From IMG/VR virus record IMGVR_UViG_3300011971_000006, positions 1 to 31,285 of that record: a DNA stretch of 31,285 nt, one strand, 5' to 3'. Source of the DNA: a virus. Taxonomy: Duplodnaviria; Caudoviricetes. Every line of letters starts with the position of its first letter. Positions within the stretch are counted from its first letter, which is position 1. The notes below the pieces were generated by a model. The model saw only the letters and a list, made by a program, of their open reading frames with translations, ran no database searches and had not been told where the DNA came from. Positions 8,177 through 16,014 of the stretch are shown one piece after another. Made by a program: the position numbers and the translations under genes.

Positions 8177-8419
8177 ATGAACAAATTTGTAATAGGTATA
8201 GACTTAGCTAGAGAAAACACTGATAATACGTGCTTATGTATGCAATTCCTAAATACTTGTTTAGAAGAAATGAAAGAGCTATGGCAAACTGGTGATGAAT
8301 ACCCACTTCCAGAGTTCAATAAAAAGATAATAGGATTGGATAAAGATAGTCGTTTGATTATATCGTCGATATATGAAAATGATAATCAAGAAGTATTCAT
8401 GAATATGTTGGTACAATAA
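8177..8419 (+). CDS. hypothetical protein
   Basis: RBS AAAGGAG before ATG 8177 (the track start 8144 overlaps the site and is probably wrong). Confidence 0.65.
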   Translation: MNKFVIGIDLARENTDNTCLCMQFLNTCLEEMKELWQTGDEYPLPEFNKKIIGLDKDSRLIISSIYENDNQEVFMNMLVQ

Positions 8420-8454
8420 AAGGAACATTTTAAGCTAGGAAGGAGACAAATAAT

Positions 8455-8802
8455 ATGACAATAGGTGAATTATTAGATACTTTATCGTTTCTACCCAATG
8501 ATATCTACATACAAAATATTAACCTAAAAGAGCATGGTTCTGACAGAGGAAACTACGTAGATTTTTATATTGGTCACTATAGTTCTGAAAACCCTCACAA
8601 TACAGTTAAAGAGTTCAGGGATTTTTTAAAGGATAATGTCATAGGCAAAGAATTTCATGGGTATAAAGGCGAGGAATTCTTGATGGATGAGGACTCAGAA
8701 ATTAGACTTGGTTGGTATGGAGATAGTGGAGAACATTTAGATGGCGTTGTGGTTAATGAAAATGGTGCTAATCTAAAAATACAAAGAACTTTATATTATT
8801 AA
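8455..8802 (+). CDS. hypothetical protein
   Basis: RBS AAGGAG; MTIGELL...P N-terminus. Confidence 0.7.
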   Translation: MTIGELLDTLSFLPNDIYIQNINLKEHGSDRGNYVDFYIGHYSSENPHNTVKEFRDFLKDNVIGKEFHGYKGEEFLMDEDSEIRLGWYGDSGEHLDGVVVNENGANLKIQRTLYY

Positions 8803-8807
8803 AAATA

Positions 8808-8883
8808 CACCTCTGGTATGCTCTAGTATGCTTCCATATGCTCTTGATTGCTAAGGTATAAAACACATGAAATGAATATTTGA
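8808..8883 (+). repeat. 76-bp ATGCT-repeat plus site unit, copy 1
   Basis: CACCTCTGGTATGCTCTAGTATGCTTCCATATGCTC...TGAAATGAATATTTGA. Confidence 0.85.
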
Positions 8884-8898
8884 AGGGAGGAGACAAAC

Positions 8899-9093
8899 AT
8901 GGAGACAAAATCAGACTGTAAAGTTCAAATTGCGGATTATATTTGTGACGAATGCGGTAAGGGAATTATGAAATACAATGACAAGATATATTTTACTTTC
9001 CCTGAACAATATGAACACAAATGTAATAGTTGCGGGCGGGTTAGGGCTTTTCAAGATAAATATCCGAAAATAACTTATACATATATGGACTAA
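8899..9093 (+). CDS. small Zn-ribbon protein
   Basis: CDECGKG...HKCNSCG; RBS GGGAGG. Confidence 0.75.
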   Translation: METKSDCKVQIADYICDECGKGIMKYNDKIYFTFPEQYEHKCNSCGRVRAFQDKYPKITYTYMD

Positions 9094-9123
9094 AATATAG
9101 TATTGACGCTATTAAGAAAGGAA

Positions 9124-9387
9124 ATGAATAAGATGAATGTTAAAGAATTAAAGGAATTACTAGAAAAATTCAACGATGATGACATTGTTATTGTTAGTAA
9201 AGATGGTGAAGGTAATGGTTATTCTCCATTAGCTACCGCAGAAGAGGTTAGTTATGAAGCAGAATGTACATGGTCTGGGTTAGTAGGAATTAGAGAATTA
9301 ACGGATGAGCATATTGATGTAGGATATACAGAGGAAGATTTATTAGAAAATGGTGTCGATGCAATTGTTTTATGGCCTACAAATTAA
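9124..9387 (+). CDS. hypothetical protein
   Basis: MNVKELKELL...SKDGEGNGYSPL; start ATG 9124 or 9133. Confidence 0.7.
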   Translation: MNKMNVKELKELLEKFNDDDIVIVSKDGEGNGYSPLATAEEVSYEAECTWSGLVGIRELTDEHIDVGYTEEDLLENGVDAIVLWPTN

Positions 9388-9535
9388 AACCATCGAAAAC
9401 TAGAATTTATCGGATAGGAGAGTGAATAAATCATTATTACGTATAAAAAATCAAAACAAATTCAAATGATTAAAATATAAAATTATCAATATTATTTTAT
9501 TTCCTATTAGAATTATTTTTATTCCAATATTTAAA

Positions 9536-9979
9536 ATGCTTGATAAATGTAAAACCAAAAAGGAATACTCTTATAAAACAATCATAAAATTAGTCCAGTA
9601 TTGTATTGATTATCATCTAAGTAATGATGAATGTATATATGTGGCTTTGAATAATTATGTTGGAGAAGAATGTAGCGATAACGGGATATATAGCTATAGT
9701 AGTTTGTGTGACCTATATTGGAGCTATACTGGACAATCTAAGAGAGTAAAAAATAAAATATCACATGTTTACCATTATCAAAAAGATGAATATATTAAAG
9801 CAGTAAAAGAATTATGTGGGAACCCATTGTCGGACGAAGAAAAGAAACAAGAGTTTACAAAAACAATGAGTGATGGAGAAACATATTTAGCCTATATATA
9901 TTATAGAATTCAAGATAAGGAAATTTGTAAAATTAATAATACTAATAAGGAGGAGGAAAATAATAATGAAAAGATTTAA
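9536..9979 (+). CDS. hypothetical protein, probably 5'-truncated by a frameshift or stop near 9467-9475
   Basis: no RBS at 9536; frame open upstream to a TGA at 9467; RBS AGGAG at 9416. Confidence 0.6.
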   Translation: MLDKCKTKKEYSYKTIIKLVQYCIDYHLSNDECIYVALNNYVGEECSDNGIYSYSSLCDLYWSYTGQSKRVKNKISHVYHYQKDEYIKAVKELCGNPLSDEEKKQEFTKTMSDGETYLAYIYYRIQDKEICKINNTNKEEENNNEKI

Positions 9980-10283
9980 AACAACGGTAACTAGGACTGA
10001 TGAATACATAATTGAGGTTGATGAAACTATTATAAATGAAGAATGGATGCAACACTTTAGACGATATTTCTATGACTTTGACTCACTAGAAGAACATGCA
10101 GAGCATTTATCACAAAGTAGAGCAAGATTTGAACAAAGCTTTTTTGAGGGTTATGGAGAAGTTTTAATTAATAGTAAAAAGTCTTGGAATGTGAAAGATG
10201 AGAATGAAATTGAAAAGGGAATTAATATCATTGTTAAGAGTGAAGACCATGATTGTGAAGTTGAAGTGGAGGAACTTTTATAA
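9966..10283 (+). CDS. hypothetical protein
   Basis: RBS AAGGAGG. Confidence 0.75.
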   Translation: MKRFKTTVTRTDEYIIEVDETIINEEWMQHFRRYFYDFDSLEEHAEHLSQSRARFEQSFFEGYGEVLINSKKSWNVKDENEIEKGINIIVKSEDHDCEVEVEELL

Positions 10284-10759
10284 TGATCAATAAAGAGTTT
10301 TTACAAGCAATAAACCCTAAAGAAAAACCATACAACCCAAAATATTCAGAAGGTACATATACATTCTTACATAGAAACAGAAATAAAGATGTTAAAGTTT
10401 ACTGGAAGAAGAAAGATAATATTAATGGAGATATTGTAAGTTTTGACCCAAGTGATATACGCTCACCGCAAATATACTTTATGTATAGAGAAAATGGTGA
10501 TTGGTTTGGAGTATCATGGTATAGGATTATGAGCAATAAATATAAGGTATTAGATTATTCGAGTTTTGAAATGGATGGATTTGACGATATTACTGAGTGG
10601 TTTTGTAATGAGTATATTAGAGTTGGAAGATGTTTATTTGATTCAAATCATATAAATTTCTTGCTTGGTGAAAATAATGATTATGTAGGTGAGCATAATA
10701 GATTTGAAATTATTGATGGAGTAAAAAGTTGTAGATGGTGTGGGAAGGAGATTAAATAA
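10283..10759 (+). CDS. hypothetical protein
   Basis: TAATG coupling; C-terminal CRWCG. Confidence 0.75.
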   Translation: MINKEFLQAINPKEKPYNPKYSEGTYTFLHRNRNKDVKVYWKKKDNINGDIVSFDPSDIRSPQIYFMYRENGDWFGVSWYRIMSNKYKVLDYSSFEMDGFDDITEWFCNEYIRVGRCLFDSNHINFLLGENNDYVGEHNRFEIIDGVKSCRWCGKEIK

Positions 10760-11266
10760 ATGGAAAGATATTTTGAGGTAACTGGTCAATCAGATTTGTA
10801 TAATGAGTATATGGAGTACAAAAACAATCTAAAAGTAATAGATAATATTTCAACAGAGTTTATGAGTGCTCAAGGAATTGAAACTGATGGATATGCAAAT
10901 CAAGGTGATACTTTTTACATAGAACCTACTGAAAATGACTTAGAGAAGTTTGGCAAGTCATTATGTAAACCTTTGAGCAATGATTTAAGAGCATTTAAAG
11001 TTAGTTCGAAAATAGGGAAAGCATGGGTTAAAAATCTTGAAGAGAAACAAGTACAAATTATAAGTAAACCATTCGTAGGATTTAGTTTTAAAAATTGCAT
11101 GGGGAAAAATCGCTCAAGAATATTTGCTATAGACAATAGTGTTTATTGCTCATTCAGTAATGAATATGATTTTGATGATACTCCCGATGGGTTTATTAAG
11201 ATTAAAGCAAGTGAATTTTATAAGATTATTGAAGATCATAATGCTAAAGTTAAAGGGGAGGAATAA
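10760..11266 (+). CDS. hypothetical protein
   Basis: RBS AAGGAG; ORF track. Confidence 0.75.
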   Translation: MERYFEVTGQSDLYNEYMEYKNNLKVIDNISTEFMSAQGIETDGYANQGDTFYIEPTENDLEKFGKSLCKPLSNDLRAFKVSSKIGKAWVKNLEEKQVQIISKPFVGFSFKNCMGKNRSRIFAIDNSVYCSFSNEYDFDDTPDGFIKIKASEFYKIIEDHNAKVKGEE

Positions 11267-11268
11267 TA

Positions 11269-11501
11269 ATGAATGTTAAATATATTAAAGAGTCGTTTTA
11301 GAAGTTGAAAGTGAAGGAGTATGGACAGAAGATGCAATAGTTTTTAAGACTGGTAGCAATTATGATGTTACAGAAGGACAAACAGGTTTACAAACAACTG
11401 ATGATAGTGGAGAGTGGCACTGGTTATCAGGCACAAGTGATTTTAAAAATGTAGAAGATATGGAATGGTTTCTTGAACATTTCGAAATCCTAGCAAAATG
11501 A
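11269..11501 (+). pseudogene. frameshifted small gene
   Basis: RBS GGGGAGG plus ATG gives MNVKYIKESF*; the shifted frame continues RVVLEVESEGVWTEDAIVFKTG...WFLEHFEILAK*. Confidence 0.6.
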
Positions 11502-11609
11502 TCTTTTAATTGCCAAAACAATATGTGCAAAACTTAATTTTATATAAAAAGTTTTGTAAGCACAGCAAATTAACCTTTTAAAGGGTAATAAGAAAGGAGA
11601 GGATTTGTA

Positions 11610-12470
11610 ATAAAACGTCAAGACTTAACTGGCAAGGTTATTGGTAATTTAACCGTCATAGAAGAAACAAGAAATAAAAGAGGCGAGAGATCTTGGCTAT
11701 GTCAATGTGATTGCGAGAATAAAACACAGATGTTAGTAGATAGGTATAGGCTTGAAAAGGGTTTAAAAACTCATTGTGGATGTAGGAGGAAATATAACCT
11801 CCAGAAAGAAAAAGATTTCCCGCATGAGTACATAGGTAAGTCAAAAACTTGCACATCATGCGGAGAGGAACATCCTTATACTGATTATTATTTCAAAGAA
11901 ACAGTCGATATAAATGGCATAAAGCAATATTTATTTAACGCAATGTGTATAGACTGTTACATAAAACGTGGGAGTAAATATACTAAAGAACATCCAGAAA
12001 TGAATAGGGAAAGTAGTAGGAAAACTGATAAAACTCCTAAAATGCAAGCATATCATAAAGAAGCTATTAAAAATTTAAGAGAAGAAGGTTATTTCTTAGG
12101 ATATTATGCAGATAACCCAGAAAAATACATAAAATACAGAGAAGATCATGATGCACATAAAAAACACACTATTAGTATAAAAGATTGGAACGATTGCAAA
12201 GAGTTTTTTGGATATAAGTGTGCATACTGCGGAATAACTGAAACAGAACATAAAGAGAGATATGGTCAACAACTACAAAAGGATCATGCAGAGAATCAAG
12301 GAGATAACGGGATTGGCAATTGTGTTCCAGCTTGCAGGTCATGTAACAGTGTCAAAAAGAAAAATGATTGGGACAATTGGTTCACACCTGAAAACTCAAG
12401 ATATAGTCAAGACAAATATAATATAATAAGCAAGTGGTTAAATAGTTTTAATAACACTATAAGTAACTGA
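11610..12470 (+). CDS. HNH endonuclease
   Basis: C-terminal CAYCG...QKDH...GNCVPACRSCNSVK; N-terminal DLTGKVIGNLTV...WLCQCDC...HCGC in frame from ATA 11610 behind AAAGGAGAGG. Confidence 0.85.
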   Translation: MKRQDLTGKVIGNLTVIEETRNKRGERSWLCQCDCENKTQMLVDRYRLEKGLKTHCGCRRKYNLQKEKDFPHEYIGKSKTCTSCGEEHPYTDYYFKETVDINGIKQYLFNAMCIDCYIKRGSKYTKEHPEMNRESSRKTDKTPKMQAYHKEAIKNLREEGYFLGYYADNPEKYIKYREDHDAHKKHTISIKDWNDCKEFFGYKCAYCGITETEHKERYGQQLQKDHAENQGDNGIGNCVPACRSCNSVKKKNDWDNWFTPENSRYSQDKYNIISKWLNSFNNTISN

Positions 12471-12494
12471 TTTTATGCTATGGAAGGAGAATAA

Positions 12495-12707
12495 ATGACA
12501 AGATATATACTTAAAATATATTGCCCATATTGTGAAACTAGGTTTGAAAAAGAGTATTCTCTTCCATTAAATAATGATGATATTGAATGTATTTCGTGTG
12601 GATCATTTACTGGACAAGAAATAGTAAGCATAAAAGAGATTAATTATTGTACTTGTGGTAAATGTACTGGACTGCCAGATTACTATAAAGATGATGAGGG
12701 TATATAA
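12495..12707 (+). CDS. small Cys-rich Zn-ribbon protein
   Basis: CPYC, CISCG, CTCGKC; RBS AAGGAG. Confidence 0.7.
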   Translation: MTRYILKIYCPYCETRFEKEYSLPLNNDDIECISCGSFTGQEIVSIKEINYCTCGKCTGLPDYYKDDEGI

Positions 12708-12748
12708 AAAGAGAATTTGATCGTATTAAGAAAGAAGGAAAACAATAA

Positions 12749-13024
12749 ATGATTTTTAAAGACGAAGATAATATTATTTTTAAATTTGGGACAGGTGATA
12801 TCAATATGAATAGTGGGTCGATTGAAGTAGATGGGCAAAAACTAGGAATTATTACATATAATAATCAAAGTCCAAGATCAATAGGCAAAAACCCTGATAC
12901 TGGTCAGTACCCACTGGAAGTTAATTTATATGATTTTCCTGCTTTTATGACATTTTCTAAAGTTGAAAGCATTGATTCTTTAATTTTGTCATTGGAGTGT
13001 GCCAAGGTAGAAATGTTAAAATAA
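12749..13024 (+). CDS. hypothetical protein
   Basis: ORF track; RBS AAGGA. Confidence 0.7.
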   Translation: MIFKDEDNIIFKFGTGDINMNSGSIEVDGQKLGIITYNNQSPRSIGKNPDTGQYPLEVNLYDFPAFMTFSKVESIDSLILSLECAKVEMLK

Positions 13025-13100
13025 CACCTCCTTCATGCTACTGTATGCTTCCATATACTCTGTTTTCCAACGGCATAACTACGATAAAACATAATTTTGA
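13025..13100 (+). repeat. 76-bp ATGCT-repeat plus site unit, copy 2
   Basis: CACCTCCTTCATGCTACTGTATGCTTCCATATACTC...TAAAACATAATTTTGA. Confidence 0.85.
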
Positions 13101-13123
13101 AAGGGTTAGGAGGATGGAAACAA

Positions 13124-13294
13124 TTGAAAAATTGTGTTGTAAGAACTTATGGCAGAGGATATTCTAGTCCTACGGAGAATTTATCAAAGAAGCTAAGTGA
13201 TGGATGGACTGTAAAGAGTAGTACCCCAATTTTAAACAGAGATGGTAAAACAGAGTACGTTGAATATATTCTAGAAAAAGAAAATAAAGTTTGA
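13124..13294 (+). CDS. hypothetical protein
   Basis: RBS AGGAGG before TTG 13124; L.DGW.V...EYILEK pattern. Confidence 0.65.
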   Translation: MKNCVVRTYGRGYSSPTENLSKKLSDGWTVKSSTPILNRDGKTEYVEYILEKENKV

Positions 13295-13319
13295 CTTAAT
13301 AGTATAACTAATATATAAT
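13291..13319 (+). promoter_or_regulatory. sigmaA-type promoter
   Basis: TTGACT-N17-TATAAT. Confidence 0.75.
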
Positions 13320-13381
13320 ATAGATATACATAAGAGTTCATGCATTGAAAGATTATTTTCTAAGGAAAGGAGGATTGGGTT

Positions 13382-13537
13382 ATGGAGGATATGTACAATG
13401 TCACTGAAGTTATTGCAGATTGTTTCTCAGGATTACAAACAAATGAGGAAATTGAGTCAAGAGCAGCAAAAATGATTAAATTTATTATGCAACAAAAAGA
13501 AATGTGTAAAAAGTATCTAGAAGCTGGAATTTTGTAA
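13382..13537 (+). CDS. hypothetical protein (51 aa, not in ORF track)
   Basis: RBS AAAGGAGG; MEDMYNVTEV...LEAGIL*. Confidence 0.65.
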   Translation: MEDMYNVTEVIADCFSGLQTNEEIESRAAKMIKFIMQQKEMCKKYLEAGIL

Positions 13538-13543
13538 AAATAG

Positions 13544-13591
13544 ATACTATATATGGTAGTGATAGCACTAATTAAACACTACATATAGTGA
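13544..13591. promoter_or_regulatory. tandem NrdR-box-like palindromes
   Basis: ATACTATATATGGTAG (13544) and ACACTACATATAGTGA (13576), 32 bp apart. Confidence 0.5.
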
Positions 13592-13644
13592 CCGAATGAA
13601 AGTTTCATTTTATCCTACAAAAACAAATAAAAAGGAGATAGACA

Positions 13645-14070
13645 ATGGAAATTAACATTAAAGACTATTTAAGCGAAGACGAAATTAAAGATATTGTCAA
13701 AGGTGAATTGAGAAGCAAAGTAGCAAGTATATTTTCGAATGAATCAGAGACAGTAAGAATTATAGGGAATATGAGTTATCACTTTATTTGGGAATGCGTT
13801 GACAAAGAGATTGGTGGGAACCTAGAAAATAAAATTAAAGAAAAGGTTATTGAAGTGCTTAGTGGGTTAACTGAATTCTCCTTGTTTAGAAGGAAAGACG
13901 CATGGGAGAAACAAGAATCCATTGGTCAGAAGATATTAGACCAAGCTATATCAGATAATTCTAGTATCATACATAATCAAGTGAAAACATATCTAGAAAA
14001 CTTGGATGAAGATAATTATGTATTTGAACAGGCGGTTAGGGAAGCAATCACACAAAAGATATTAAGTTAA
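13645..14070 (+). CDS. hypothetical protein
   Basis: RBS AAAGGAG. Confidence 0.75.
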   Translation: MEINIKDYLSEDEIKDIVKGELRSKVASIFSNESETVRIIGNMSYHFIWECVDKEIGGNLENKIKEKVIEVLSGLTEFSLFRRKDAWEKQESIGQKILDQAISDNSSIIHNQVKTYLENLDEDNYVFEQAVREAITQKILS

Positions 14071-14076
14071 AAATAT

Positions 14077-14152
14077 CACCTTCCAAATGCTCCCGTTTAC
14101 TCCCATATGCTCCGTTTTTCTAGCACAAAATACCGTTAAAACGATTATTTTA
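14077..14152 (+). repeat. 76-bp ATGCT-repeat plus site unit, copy 3
   Basis: CACCTTCCAAATGCTCCCGTTTACTCCCATATGCTC...TAAAACGATTATTTTA. Confidence 0.8.
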
Positions 14153-14177
14153 ATCTATAAATAGAAAGGAAGATAAT

Positions 14178-14589
14178 ATGTTAATTGAAACTAAATATAA
14201 TTTTGGAGATTTAGTATATCCAATAACCACGAGATTTGAAACACTACAGATACCTACAAATTGTCCTGCTTGTAATGACAAAGGGAAAGTTGAATTGAAT
14301 GACAAACAATATACTTGCCCTAAGTGTAATGGTCATACATATCATAATGAAGAAGGAGACATTGAATACTATGTCTATTATAAATCAGGGAAAGTTGGAA
14401 AATTAGATATAAGATTTATATGCCCCAAATAATAAAAGTTATAAATCTGAATTACGATACATGCTAGATTCTACTGGAGTAGGGAGTGGGTCATGTTGGG
14501 AAGAAGATAATCTATTCCCATCGAAAGAAGAAGCACAAACTGAATGTGATAAGAGGAATATTGCAAGGAAATTGACCATAGCAAATTAA
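14178..14589 (+). pseudogene. frameshifted Zn-finger phage gene
   Basis: CPACNDKG/CPKCNG; a shift near 14416 continues YAPNNKSYKSELRYMLDSTGVGSGSCWEEDNLFPSKEEAQTECDKRN...AN*. Confidence 0.65.
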
Positions 14590-14636
14590 GAATTGATGTG
14601 GAAATAAAATAATAATGTGAAAGAAGGTTATAAATA

Positions 14637-15011
14637 ATGAGTAATTATAATAAAGGCGATATGGTTCAAGTGGTTGATGGTAGTTATTCTTTGACAATTA
14701 AAGATGGAGATTTCTGTCGCTCATATGGAATAGATTTAATGAATAGAGATTTTGAAGTATTACATACAGATTTAAAGTTGCCAGCATCATCAAGTGATGA
14801 TCAATTCAATACCATGATTATCAAAGCAAAAGATAATAACCAAATTGTATATACTCAAGAACGAATGGTGATTCCAAGTGAGAAAATTATCGAACCTGTT
14901 ATCATAAATTTTCATATCACTACATCATCGAACTATAATGCAGAACAATTTGCAAAAACTATTGCAGAATATCTAAAGAACAATAATTATAAGTATAATA
15001 TGGGAATTTGA
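14637..15011 (+). CDS. hypothetical protein
   Basis: ORF track; RBS GAAGGT. Confidence 0.7.
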   Translation: MSNYNKGDMVQVVDGSYSLTIKDGDFCRSYGIDLMNRDFEVLHTDLKLPASSSDDQFNTMIIKAKDNNQIVYTQERMVIPSEKIIEPVIINFHITTSSNYNAEQFAKTIAEYLKNNNYKYNMGI

Positions 15012-15054
15012 ATACCCGTAAAAAAGAAGTTTCATGCTGAAAGGAGATTAAATA

Positions 15055-15342
15055 ATGAGTATTGACAGTGACACAATCAAACAATTTGAGGATATACTTG
15101 AACATAAGCGTAGCAAAGATCCAATACAAATGGAATGGAATAGAGTGACGGAAGAAATTTACCCATATAAGAAGATTTATAGCGTCTTTAAGTTAGGTCA
15201 AGCAACTATACTATCAATGTTTAAAAATAATGTGTATCAATATATGTGCAATGACGATAAGGACTATATTGATGCAATTATTAAATCACAAGACGACGAT
15301 ATTGAGATGAAAGAAATGCTAGATAAATTGATTACGGAATAG
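15055..15342 (+). CDS. hypothetical protein
   Basis: RBS AAAGGAG. Confidence 0.7.
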   Translation: MSIDSDTIKQFEDILEHKRSKDPIQMEWNRVTEEIYPYKKIYSVFKLGQATILSMFKNNVYQYMCNDDKDYIDAIIKSQDDDIEMKEMLDKLITE

Positions 15343-15353
15343 GAGATAATTAA

Positions 15354-15554
15354 ATGACAGAAATTAAAAGTGAATCAGTATTTCTAGATGGTGGAAAATA
15401 TGAAGTTGTCTTTGATCAATCTGGTTATTCTACTGAATTTTATGCTTTGAGATATGGTGAGAAATGGAGAAGTCTTACAGGAGATAATTTAGTTTTGTGT
15501 TTGTTCCAAAGAATTCAAGACTTAGAAGATAAATTGTATACTAGTATTAAATAA
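15354..15554 (+). CDS. hypothetical protein
   Basis: RBS AGGAG; ALRYGEKWRSLTGDNL. Confidence 0.7.
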   Translation: MTEIKSESVFLDGGKYEVVFDQSGYSTEFYALRYGEKWRSLTGDNLVLCLFQRIQDLEDKLYTSIK

Positions 15555-15568
15555 AGGAGGAATATATA

Positions 15569-15793
15569 ATGAATGTTTTAGAACTCAAACAAATATTATC
15601 AGATATTCCAAACGAAGCCATTATCTATACGGAGGCAGACCATGGACAACAACCAGAGCAATCATTTAGTGTTTATGTAAACATTGAAGACTTTGAGGAC
15701 GGAGAATTACCTTTCAATGGAGAAGATATGGATTGGAATGATATTGAGGATATTGATGTTAGTAAAATTAAGGCTGTTCTGATTAGTTATTAA
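15569..15793 (+). CDS. hypothetical protein
   Basis: RBS AAAGGAGG; MNVLELKQIL..IP. Confidence 0.7.
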   Translation: MNVLELKQILSDIPNEAIIYTEADHGQQPEQSFSVYVNIEDFEDGELPFNGEDMDWNDIEDIDVSKIKAVLISY

Positions 15794-15820
15794 TATACTA
15801 CATATAAATAAAATATATCC

Positions 15821-15849
15821 TTGACAGTATAACCAATAAGTAGTATACT
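15821..15849 (+). promoter_or_regulatory. sigmaA-type promoter of the replication operon
   Basis: TTGACA-N17-TATACT. Confidence 0.8.
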
Positions 15850-15896
15850 ATACATATGGGGTTAGGAAATAAATATTTAAAGAAAGGAAGTTGCTT

Positions 15897-15959
15897 GTGA
15901 AAAACAGTGGGAACTGTTGGAAACCAATCAAACGCGGAAATCCCCCACCTCAATATTAA
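15897..15959 (+). CDS. putative 20-aa leader peptide MKNSGNCWKPIKRGNPPPQY
   Basis: RBS AAAGGAAG, GTG start, between the promoter and the first operon gene. Confidence 0.4.
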   Translation: MKNSGNCWKPIKRGNPPPQY

Positions 15960-16014
15960 ATATTATCCTTAACTAAATAATATATAATATAATTGAAAGA
16001 AGGAATTATTACAT

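Larger units (their letters stand above)
2442..15034 (+). repeat. dispersed 16-bp quasi-palindromic site YRAAA-N6-WTTNA, about 22 copies at gene boundaries
   Basis: Copies start at 2442, 2880, 3712, 3904, 4560, 4976, 6912, 7113, 7328, 8145, 8417, 8868, 9091, 9394, 11494, 12460 (degenerate), 12705, 13085, 13346, 13597, 14137, 15019. Confidence 0.85.

Noticed and set aside
9422-9535. TGA readthrough or recoding (GTG 9422 in frame with 9536 across one TGA)
   Set aside because: The GTG is only 1 nt from the RBS, TGA is a normal stop elsewhere, and a simple frameshift explains it.
2442-15034. CRISPR array interpretation of the dispersed repeats; Cas4-like gene as part of a cas locus
   Set aside because: The repeats are degenerate and separated by whole genes; there is no cas1/cas2, and the nuclease sits in a replication operon.
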